Part shown: in pieces, positions 1 through 12,600 of the stretch
Layout: each line of letters opens with the position of its first letter
Position numbering within the stretch: the first letter of the stretch is position 1
Source: Bigelowiella natans CCMP2755
Lineage: Eukaryota > Protista > Cercozoa
Direction: 5' to 3'
Assembly (NCBI GenBank): GCA_000320545.1
Contig: ADNK01002534.1
Location: 1-42,172, forward strand
Length of the DNA: 42,172 nucleotides
The notes under the pieces: generated by a model
What the model was told of the DNA's origin: nothing
Databases searched by the model: none
Seen by the model: the letters and a program-made list of their open reading frames with translations, nothing else
Program-made: the position numbers and the translations under genes

Positions 1-63
<63 letters not shown>

Positions 64-404
64 AATAGAAAAAATATTCTATGCGTGCAGTATCACCCCA
101 AGATCAGAGAGCTTTGCCCTTAAGCAGCCGTCAATGAGCACATTCTCTCCCTTGATGTCCCGATGTATTATCCCTAAGTGAGCACGTGTGCATATCTGAA
201 AGTCACATCTCCCCCAACGCAGCTTTGGCGAAAGGATAGCAAATTTTTATGCTTCTCTAATTGATTCTCGCATGTGCGCGTTTCAGGACTATCTCTCTTC
301 CAACATGCGCGCGCGCGGGGCCTTTGTACGGGGAGAGATTTAAAATGGAAAAACTGTTTTGACTTGTATAACACACACATACACACACGCACGTACGCAT
401 ACAG

Positions 405-447
<43 letters not shown>

Positions 448-689
448 TAGGTGTATATATATTGAATATCATATTTAATGGGTAGGTGGAGACTTGGTAT
501 CAACTACAACACAAACACCTTGCTCGTGCAGATGTTTGAGACCTGATATGATTTCGTATCCCCACCGGATTACTGTGGAGTAGGGAATGTTCGCCGCCGT
601 TTCTGAGGGGAGGGAGGGGGGGGGGAAACACCGGGGAGATAGATGAGATTATCGATTACTTAAAATATGACATTTTTATATTCTGTATA

Positions 690-733
<44 letters not shown>

Positions 734-1475
734 GCATAATATAGATGCGTGATAAGTACCTCATCCCCATCATCATCACCATCACCATTGCAATCACAAC
801 GCATCATCCACACCGCCATCCATAGATCCCCTTCACAACACCTCTCACGTGGCACAAACATCGATGACCTGTACAATCACAAGTGGGGACTTCAATTCCG
901 AACTTAGGCTTGTTTAGCACCTGGGCAAACAAAGGCAAACAAGCAGCAGTGAGCCGACAGATTTGACGGATATGAGCGAGCGCGTTGTCTTGCTATAGAT
1001 ATGGGTTTTTGGAGCTTCAAAGATATAGGTTGCGGTGTGTGGTGTTCTTACATGCATTAGCTCGCCATTGGAACAAAATTCCATGACGGCGCAAGGGATC
1101 TTGTCAATAACTGCAACCCCTGATTTGTGTGTAAGTGTGCGTGAGAGTGTGTGTGTGTGTGTATGTGTGTGTGTGTGTGTGTGTGTTAGATGAATGTCCA
1201 TCGTGCTCCAATACGTAGATTCACTATACAAGAAGCATCAAAGGACAACAACGCGCCAAATACATGCTGTATGCGAGCAGATGAAACCGATCCCAGGGCC
1301 ATCGTTTGAGGCTCGGAGCGAGCAAGCATAACGCTCGTTTTGCAATTCTCACAGATGTTGGCGGATCACCTAGAAAGGACACGACGCCACAGCAGGAGAC
1401 TCGAGCCATTTGAGTAAGTTCCCAACCTACAGCTTCCAATACCTATTCATTCGTAAAAAGGCAGCTCTTGCGTGG

Positions 1476-1516
<41 letters not shown>

Positions 1517-1566
1517 CGCGAGTGCGTGTGTTTGCGTGTGGCCGGTAATCTGTTGGCCATCGCACT

Positions 1567-1613
<47 letters not shown>

Positions 1614-1794
1614 GCATATATTTCATATAATTGACGACGATGATGAAGATAATGATTATGCCAGTGCATAGCCAGTCATACCTGCTCTCTGCTAAGGCGG
1701 AGTACTTTATTCTTCGTCAGCTTCACCATTTTGATGGCGACGTCTTTGCCGTAGTAGATACCTCGAAACACCTGGGGGATATCAGACTCTTTCT

Positions 1795-1840
<46 letters not shown>

Positions 1841-2167
1841 ATTTGACAGCAGTAGCTGTGGTTGTAGTAGTGGTAGCAGCACCAGCAGCAGTAGCAGCAG
1901 TGTAAAAGAAAGGCAAATAAAAGGAACATAGGGTTATGAGAGGGATTGAGAGAGGCGGGGGGAGAGGAGGATTGAAGGAAGAGGAAGGAACAGAGAATAT
2001 GAGAGTATTGTAGCGCGTAGTTTCTTTTCTCATTTTATAGAATGCTACTTCTCCGAAGGCGCCTTTCCCCAGATATTTTGTCTTTTGAACGTTCCTACGT
2101 GCATACATTTCGTGCTTCTATTTTAGCCCATTGATGGATATGACTTCGCGCACGCGCACGCGCGCGC

Positions 2168-2207
<40 letters not shown>

Positions 2208-2926
2208 TGCGTGATTTTGTGGTTGGATAAACGTATATTCGCACACGTGTAGTGCAACAGCAAGCGCAACTATTCTTTCCATGACATGAGTCTCTTAATC
2301 CCCAACGAGTCGACCCATTCCTCGATATTCACTCTGCAAGAAAGAAACACCAGACAGCAGCAGAGAATCTTTCACAAATTCTGCGGATGAGGTCTTTACA
2401 TTACGCTCCTTCTAGAGCTTCTTACGTTTTGGCCTCCTTCGCCTCTGCATCGTCGTCACTCTCCTCATGGAAGATCATTTTGTACGCCGGGCCATAGGTG
2501 TCAATCACCTCAGATAACTCTGTCATGTACACTTAATCTATGACCTTGCTACCGGTTTGAGGGCTAAAGACGACTCACCTTCGAGGCCTTCCGGGTCGGT
2601 GTAGTTGCCAGAGAGTAGCCCATCCTCCTCCACCTCTTCGATTTCGTCTTGCGCGCTGTCGCGGAAATGCTTCAAATCTCGATCGCCGCTGCTTTCTGAG
2701 GACCGACGCGCAAACTACTCATAAAAGGGCATGCGCGGGATTTTTAGAAGGTAACTACACCTGGGTCGGGCGCCTCCTCCACCACCACTCCGTAAGAGTC
2801 AGCTGGCTTCATGGAATTTGCTGCGTGCTCTAGGAATGGAAGCGCCGCCTCGGCTGTGGAAAAGAATCTTCCAAACCCTAGCGCGCTTTCGGTTCCGATG
2901 CGGCAATTATTCCTTGTCGCAGTCAT
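1..2926 (-). CDS. Protein kinase, TKL-like N-lobe, multi-exon; 3' end lies beyond the window start
   Basis: Spliced GT-AG exons give an acidic N-terminus from ATG 2926. Then LGKGAFGE|VFRGIYYGKDVAIK (subdomains I-II, exons near 2094-2049 and 1771-1682), ELTQMARVSCCGVVSFLG, AVMEFCSNGEL, YEIISGLKHLHEQ|GIIHRDIKGENVLID...AKLSDLG (exon 173-97). One junction (about 2280/2095) is ambiguous and there is an apparent 1-nt frameshift at about 560. Confidence 0.9.
2..60. repeat. Compound (TA)n(TG)n microsatellite, kinase intron
   Basis: Read directly. Confidence 0.95.
1477..1620. repeat. (TG)n and (TA)n microsatellites, kinase intron
   Basis: Read directly. Further tracts in kinase introns at about 373-443, 693-730, 1127-1185, 1789-1838 and 2148-2204. 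Confidence 0.9.
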
Positions 2927-4071
2927 AATATATAGGTAATTGATCCGAGTATATTCGGCGAGATTTTCTATTATGCGTCATAAAAGCGGTCTTGACGTAG
3001 ATCAAAATCTCCCTTTTGTCGAACCCGAGAATAACATCCGGTAGAAACGGGAGAGCTTGCGTCCTCTCACATCAGTGCGCTGCTGCCTCGACAGGCTTGT
3101 GTTGCGAAGTGCTATTCCCGCACAAGGTGACTGTGGAAAAAACGGAAAGGATGTTTCGGCCTGAACCGAGGCTTCTTTTGTGTAGAAGTCTGGGCTAATC
3201 ATACTCGGAACGTCGTTTCTGTTGGCAAAAACATTCCGCGCCGAAAACATCTAAAATTTCTTTCCGATTTCGGATCTACGAAAAACTGCTTCAAAGCCCA
3301 ATTCAAACATCACCGAAATTGTGTCTTCAGTCCACTTTTTATCAATGCGACATGTAATATATTAGGTCGTAGATAAAATATTACAGGCGTTTTATTTCAA
3401 AATACGGAATTCTTTCCAGAAAATATCCATCGGCAATTTTTCTTCGCATAGAGTAGAGAGCGAGTCGGAGAGCTCCGTCCCGGGAGATGTTGCTCTAGAG
3501 TCGGGTCATTTTGAACTTTCTGCGCCACGGTGTAGTCTGGAAGAAAAAATTTATTGCGCTTCTCCGTCTAATGCACAACCTCTAAAAGGCAGCCCCTGTG
3601 CTGCGAGTATCTGTTTCTTTGCTTCTTATCAGACGTTTTTCGCAGGGCAGGCTCCTCCAAGCTTGCATTTCGCATGTGCGTCATCTCCTCCTAGGTTCAA
3701 TGTGAAAAAATGTTTGTCACGGGAACGTGCCTAAGGGTCCGGAAGTAGTGTCGAATAGTAAGATCCTTATCCGAAATAGTAACACGCCGCTTTTTCCAGT
3801 TTAAGATGTGCGGTCAGCGAATAACCCCTTGTACAGTCCTGCATTATCACGTACGATTGTTGTAATGTAGCACCCCAAAGCAGCTTCTATGCTGCGCGTG
3901 TCCTCGGAATGAAGGACTATGGTATAAATAATTACTAGCACTAATCTCGCAGCAGAACAAAGCAAGATTGCGTGGATATACCGTAGAGCTTCCCTTTCCC
4001 AGCCCCCCATTTCACGCAATCGTCATCGCCATCATCGCCACCACCATCCTCGTCACGAGAGTCTAGGCAGA

Positions 4072-4998
4072 ATGAGCAGCAAGATGACTTCGTCAGCAAG
4101 AAGTGTACATGCGAGGGAAAAGGAGCGTCGGCGGTCCTCATGGAATCTGCTCAAGGCCAAAAGCATCAAGCTTCAGCGTGAGGGGGGGAAGACGGCACGG
4201 CAGCAACATAAGTCGTTGCGGCGTATATCGACTCGAGTGACCTCGTTAAAGATTGCGACTCCGAAGGAAGGTGACGCCAGCATATACATAATCGGTGAAT
4301 CACCCCTCGTGAAAGGAAGGCCGGCCTCTGCATCGAGGGCCCGAGCACAACTATCAGACATAGCAAATGCGAAGGAGAAGAGGGGATCGCTATATAGCAG
4401 AAGAGCTCCTCCTCGCAACCCCGCGGGAACTACACCGCGGGGAAGTCCTTTCAAGAGTAGGAGCATAAACGTCGATGTCAAGCTTTGTAATAAAGATGAG
4501 CGGTCGCGAGGAGAGGGAGGAGGCGGGGCCTACTTCAATAGCAAGAAATACTGCCGCGGAAATGCCTCCTCTGCATCCAATGCATCAGCCTCATTCGCGA
4601 ACATTGGCCGCTCAAAAGACCGCTTTTACTACAACTATGAACGCCAGAGTGACTTAGAATCGTCGTCCTCTAGCGAGAGTGAGGAGCTCATTACCAGCGG
4701 CGATGACGATGACGACGATGAAGTACAGAGCCCCCGACGGCTCAAGTTTCTTCCAGGCTTCGAAAAAATCCTACTCAGCGACTCGTACTCACCCCTCCCC
4801 TTCCCTGCGAGGTTTGCCTCAGCTGCCCTGACCCCCCCCGTGAGATTCACGGGGGAGAAGCGAAGGCCTGATGGGGGGTGCTGTTGTCCGGTCGCTAGAA
4901 GTCCGGTCGCTACTACTCCGACGAAAAAGGGTATTGACTTCCCACCCCGCCCCCCTCCTTGCAGCAGCCGCCGAAGAAGCAACAACAACCAACGATGA
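4072..4998 (+). CDS. Hypothetical protein, 308 aa, basic and Ser/Asp-rich, probably disordered
   Basis: Uninterrupted 927-nt ATG-TGA ORF, GC-richer than its flanks, with Ser and Asp runs (SDLESSSSSESEE...DDDDDDE), divergent from the kinase. No recognisable domain; further exons are possible. Confidence 0.5.
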   Translation: MSSKMTSSARSVHAREKERRRSSWNLLKAKSIKLQREGGKTARQQHKSLRRISTRVTSLKIATPKEGDASIYIIGESPLVKGRPASASRARAQLSDIANAKEKRGSLYSRRAPPRNPAGTTPRGSPFKSRSINVDVKLCNKDERSRGEGGGGAYFNSKKYCRGNASSASNASASFANIGRSKDRFYYNYERQSDLESSSSSESEELITSGDDDDDDEVQSPRRLKFLPGFEKILLSDSYSPLPFPARFASAALTPPVRFTGEKRRPDGGCCCPVARSPVATTPTKKGIDFPPRPPPCSSRRRSNNNQR

Positions 4999-5969
4999 GA
5001 GGGCCTGTATCTGAGTTCCGTTCGGAAATCTATATATGATATTATATATACATATTATATGTGTATTATATATACACATATATTCATAAAGAAGCATCTA
5101 GTTGTCCTGCCGTGCGCGAAAAGACGGCAGTGATGATGGTAGTTGTTTCTTTCTATGACAAAGATGATTCATCTTAGTGGCGTCAATCTTATTTTTGTAT
5201 CCTTTATTAAATAATAATGAAACCTACCGTGAAACGAATGCAGAAGATATGCGTCGATATTGATATGAATTGCATTAGAAATAATTTTACCAACATATTG
5301 AGTTACGATTTCCATATATTTCATCCCCAAAATCGACCTTATTCCGCAAATCCTTTCTTGGAGATTGCAAGCGGTCAGAAGCCTATTATTGGGAAGAGGA
5401 GGACGGAAGAGGATGGACGGATCATAATATCAAAGAGGAAAATATTAATAAAAAGAATTATGAAAAGAAAACAAGCCAATAGCCCCATGACCTATGATGC
5501 AGCAGTAAAGGCACTTAACTCCAGGAACAAAATAGGAGACACAAGACCCTTGTACTTACATGCCGAAGTCACCCTTACCAGCACGATGTACATATTTGGG
5601 TGAGGAGGTAGTTTTAGTTTAGTGATTAAAATCTAATAATACCGGTCCCTGTTTCCGATGTAGCTGTCACAAGTGGCGACGGCCGATGAAAATGAGCAGA
5701 TACTATAACAATCAGCAGCGTAGATTTATTAGAAATCTTTAAGTTCGCACCTTCAAGACAATTTAATGATGATAGCGGTGGTATAACAGCCGAAAGCATA
5801 CAAAAAGAGGAAGTCCATGAATATCGAGGCGATAACTCGGAACTTATTATGCCGATGTATAGATGGCGGCATTCCCTCGTTTTTCGCCGGACAATATGAA
5901 AATGTAATTAAAATCGTCAATAACAATCATTAACATCATTACATAAGATGACTCTGTGCATACACATAC

Positions 5970-6305
5970 ATCTAGCATGAGCGGGCGCGATTTAACGGCA
6001 CTAGCTCTAGAGCTCGGCCTAGCGTAGCGTCATATTACATATAGCAGCAAGTCTCTGTAAACTTAATCGCACACGTCATCAAATAAGCGCTTTCGCAACG
6101 CCTAGATCTTGCATGCAAGATATAATCTAGAAGTGCTCGATTGAGTGCAGCGCATTTCCAGCAGATATAACCCTGCACCTAGCCATCCGTCCAACATGAG
6201 GATTTCAACAAGATTCCTAGCCTAGTAGCTACATTCGCGCTGCTTTGCATACTAGTATAGGCGGGGCGCAAAGTCAGAATACCGCAGGCTAGCAGGGATG
6301 CTAGG
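5970..6305. other. CTAG-rich palindromic tract downstream of the Rab 3' UTR
   Basis: 12 CTAG counted by eye in about 335 bp. Perfect palindromes AGCTCTAGAGCT (6003-6014), ATCTTGCATGCAAGAT (6106-6121) and ATACTAGTAT (6249-6258). Confidence 0.85.
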
Positions 6306-6497
6306 ATGATGCATCTAATAAAATTTTATAAAGTAGTAACACGGAAATTATCATGGAATATCGGCCGGCGTCTTCCGTCCCTTACTGTCGGCGTTGAATT
6401 TTGTCCAAAGCAGGCCAGCAGAGAAGCAAGCAAGGCAGAAGCAAGGCAGCAGCGAGGTCGTCGGGCTCAAGGTGCCTTGATTTCTTTCTGAATACAG

Positions 6498-8449
<1,952 letters not shown>

Positions 8450-9679
8450 GCCTGCTTAGTGTTCTGTTGTTCAAAGAATCAAAGCTCTCAACCTCTGTCA
8501 AAATAATTCCGGTTGCTCATCCCTGCAATCCCCCCCACCTCTCCAGCATCCACCCTCTTCCCGCTTGATGTGAGCTGCTACCTCGTTCAAGCCAGTCAGA
8601 GGCGAAATTTGGGGATTGGACTCTGCAATGACGCCCACCGCTCCAATGAAAGGAATCGAGAGTGGGGATTAGATTTAATTTCGATGCTATTTTATCAAAA
8701 AATATTCCATAAAAACCTCCTGCGACAAGGCGTATAAGTTCATTCTTGATATGAATGCCGGTAACAGACTTTTAAAGGGAAAACTTCCAAGAAAACAGCC
8801 AAGAGAAAACTAGATCCCAAGATATTCTGAACTGTTTATCATGAAGTTGCGTCATACATAATGGTAATGTCGTAATGAAAGTATGCAGCATATTTACATA
8901 CAATAAGTTTTTGGATATGTTTTTAAATTACGACACAAAAAGAGCTGAAACTCTATTCTAAAAGTCCCAATCCAGGTCTGAGGTCTGAGGACCTCATGCC
9001 GAGAAGGTTGGAACGAAGATCGCTGGTCCAAAAAAGGTTAACAAACTTGTAAGACTCAAAGTCGCTTTCTGGAATTTTCGCTTCTCAATCGATAAGGATA
9101 TTCAAGAATACAGACTTGGAAAAATACCTGACGTAGTATGTATTAAATTTTAATTTTGATTTTCTTATTCGTCAGCATGTTCACATTTGGGGCAACTGTA
9201 TGACTCATCCTAAAATCCCGAGTAATTAAATTTGGCTTTCGCGCAAGGCACAGTCTATCTCTGAATTTCTTCTCGGGAAGGGAATAAAATCCATTTTTTT
9301 GATAATTCACTTTGTCTTAAGTTAAATATATATTGAATATTATAATTTCATTCTAATTTTGATAACCCGAAAGAACTGATTCACAACATCTTCCTCTCAA
9401 ATCATTATGGCTTAGGAAGTCCTTTTGGGTCGAGCATCCTTCTACAATTAAAGTCTATTTATTAATAAATATAGGATAGAACTCATTCCTTCATAATAAA
9501 AGAAACGCGTTCGCAATTCGTCGAATTTCTGAATATTCATCAATCAAATTTTCAGAAGAACCACCTCTATCTTGTGTCCGTGCGAAATAACCTTGGCACC
9601 CCGCCCACCCCCCACTCCCCTTTCATTCTCAAATGAAAGGCTGAACTGAACAGAGAAGATTTTATAGGATAAGGAGGCC

Positions 9680-12600
9680 ATGCTCGCCGTGCCGGTTTTC
9701 AACCAGGTTGGTTATTATTTTGATGGCTGGATATTGAGAGTGGGGAAGAGAGAGAAGATGGTGGAAAGGGCATCCGGATGTGAGTGACGGTTGCCTGATG
9801 GATTTCCAAATCATCAACTTTGATCCATCCATCTTGATAGAGTTGAAAAACGAAATTGTTTTCTTGTTGAAGTCTTTATATTTCGTACTTTGCCAAGCTC
9901 CTGAAAAAAACAAAAGTAGGGTCTAGATTAGGGAAGAATTTTACCTCGAGGATTAGGGTGTCGGATTACTTACATAAATGCCATTATACCCTACAAAAAC
10001 AGTTTGAGTCAGTGAAGCTTGCATAATTTTTACTATACAATTTCTCAATTTTTGCAAAGGGTTTGTATATGCCGGAGCCTGAACCGTTCATAATTATCGA
10101 TAAACTGTTCTTTCTTTATCTCAATAATTTAGGTGCGGCTCTTGGTCGCAAGCTTGGGCAGAAAAACGCTCAAAGCAATTGATTTTGAGTTAAAAGACCT
10201 CGTTAATCTCTACGGGGACGATACCCGGCTGTACTACTTAAAATGCTTATTGGATAAAATAGACTTCAATGATCAGAAAACTAATAAAGACCAGCTAGTG
10301 ATTCAGCTAGTGAATCAAGAAATTAGTGACTTAATCGTCACAAAACCAAACTTCGTGAGCCTTCTTTGCAGGGCTTTAGACACGAGTCGATTTAGCTCGG
10401 AAGCATCATTAGGGCACTTTGTAAAGGTACTCATGCTCCCAGCTATATCGCAAATAGCCGTCGGCCTCGCATTAATACACGTGGAGGACCGGAAAATAGC
10501 GGGAGAGGCAGGAAAATTTCTCCTCTCCAAATTAGAGGTGGTCACATCCGAGACACACTTAACTCGGCCCCCCGACCATCTTATGCATAAGCTGGCGCTC
10601 TTCTTGCAGAGCCAGGAGAGCTTGTCTGAAAAAACTAGGGATCTATACCTTCGGTCCTTTCTTCCAGAGTACCAAAATAAACTCCATTTTCGTCCCTTTA
10701 CCTCCTCCGCATCCGCGGATAAAAGCACATCTACCGCTACTGGCCAAACGATAGACGGGAAGGCAACCCAGAGCGCGTCTTCTCAAGTGTCAATAGCCAT
10801 GATAATGTGCGATCTAGGACCTAGCTGTCTGGCAACCAAGGAAGCGTTTAAGAAGGTATCTAGTTACTTTTGACTTACTTGTTGCGTAATTACGCAAGAT
10901 TTCCTCCACAAATTTCATTTGGGCTCTGTCCAATGAGCCAGTCCCCTCTTCACTGTAGGAAAAACTTCTACCATGGAATAACTTGCTTCATAATTTTCCA
11001 GGTTATTGGACAATTTCAAAGAATTTTGCCTGAAGACCTTGCGCAGGCCATAGGGATGATGGCGCAGATCAGAGGATCTAATACGGAAAAGAGCACTAGA
11101 GATCTTGTAATTACCTCACACATTCCTCCATACGGAATTTTGATTTTTTCATAGAATTTCCAAATTATAAAAAATATTCTTCTGGTTTTTCTCATTATTT
11201 TGAGTGTTTACAAATGGAGTGATTATTCTCTTATTGTCTCCCACCCCTTTCCAGGTTAGTATTTTGAAAATGGAAGTGGCGAAGGACAAGAAGGGAGGCG
11301 AGGAGTCCCCCTCCACCTATAACTGGAACATATCCGTGTTTGTCGAAACAATACACGAAATTATGCCCCGGCATATATGGCCAGACGTGTACCAGAAATT
11401 CGATTATTCGGATTTCTTTATTCCAGATAAGAAGGGCTTCCAGCTGCTTGTGGACACGTATAAGGCGGCTGCACCCTCTTCAACGTTTCCGCTCGACCCA
11501 TTTTTAAGGGAGTGGAAAAACAAAATTGGGCAGCTTTCGTTCATCCGGCACGCTATAGCGAAGGCGAATGGCCCCGGATTCTTCTCGACGTCCAATCGAG
11601 TCCTTAGCCCTATAGAGGGCGGCTTGAGTGAAAATGAGTCTAAAGGTAAGATTGTACCCTCTTCATTGCTGAACCACCCCTGCGTGGAGACACACGGGCC
11701 TGTTCGCATACTCAATACCCTTTTTCCTATATTTTTTTCCAGCAAAATCGAGTTGGTGTTCACTGGACTTAATAGATTCTTTGTTGAAGCTCGGCAGCAA
11801 CGAGGACACCAATAGTAGCGTGTGGGAGATACTTAGATTAGGGTTGCGCACGGATCCAGAGATGCTGCTCTTCGGTCTGATCCATCTGCGGCATCAGGTA
11901 GTAGCAATAGCTGGGTTTTATGGTACTCTGTAGCAACAGTACCTGGTTGTGCGACGATATTGCAAGGGTTGAGAACTGATTGACTTTCGTTGAATTACTA
12001 GTTGGATACGCCTGTCGGCAAGGAGCTGCTTGGAATGCTAGTTCCGCAGGTGTACTGGGATTTCCCGGCCACCAAAGATCTGATTCAGCGCATATGGATG
12101 GATAAGACAAAACGAGAAGAATTCCTTATGGATAGTTTGGCCATGGAGACGACATTGAACCGCGGATTTACCCATAAAGCCCTAGAAATCATTCTCTCTC
12201 TGGAGGGGGGGCTGGATAAGTTCTTGCAATACAATAAAGAACTCGTTTTTACCGTCGAATTGGCCGTAGCCGCGGCAGACCTGGCGGGGGCTAGCGCGAA
12301 AAAGGCGTTTGGCGGTGGTAAGTGAACCCATGATAACCATTAGCGGTGTAGTGAGTGAGTGAGAGTCGCAATGTGATTAAAGAAGGAAAGAAAGCTAGTT
12401 ATTTGCATGGAAATATTCGAAGAATTTTTAATGACAAAGACGACGAGGATTATATCGTAGCTTTTTGGATATTTTATTTTGTGCTTTCTCGAACTGAAAT
12501 GACGTATCCTCCACGGGCTTGTCACCCCGCCATTGTTACCATTGCATTAATGTTGTTTTATTAAATTTCTAGGGCTCGAAATTTGGCTCAAAAGCCAGAT

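Noticed and set aside
5217-5603. 128-aa plus-strand ORF
   Set aside because: AT-rich, no motif, and codon usage unlike the real genes.
9671-9682. AAGGAGG Shine-Dalgarno-like motif before the CNOT1 ATG
   Set aside because: Only 2 nt from the ATG in a spliced eukaryotic gene; chance match.
9917-9960. TTAGGG/TAGGG telomere-like words in CNOT1 intron 1 (also AAACCCTA at about 2873)
   Set aside because: Only scattered single copies, not a tandem array; too few to call an interstitial telomere or telo-box.
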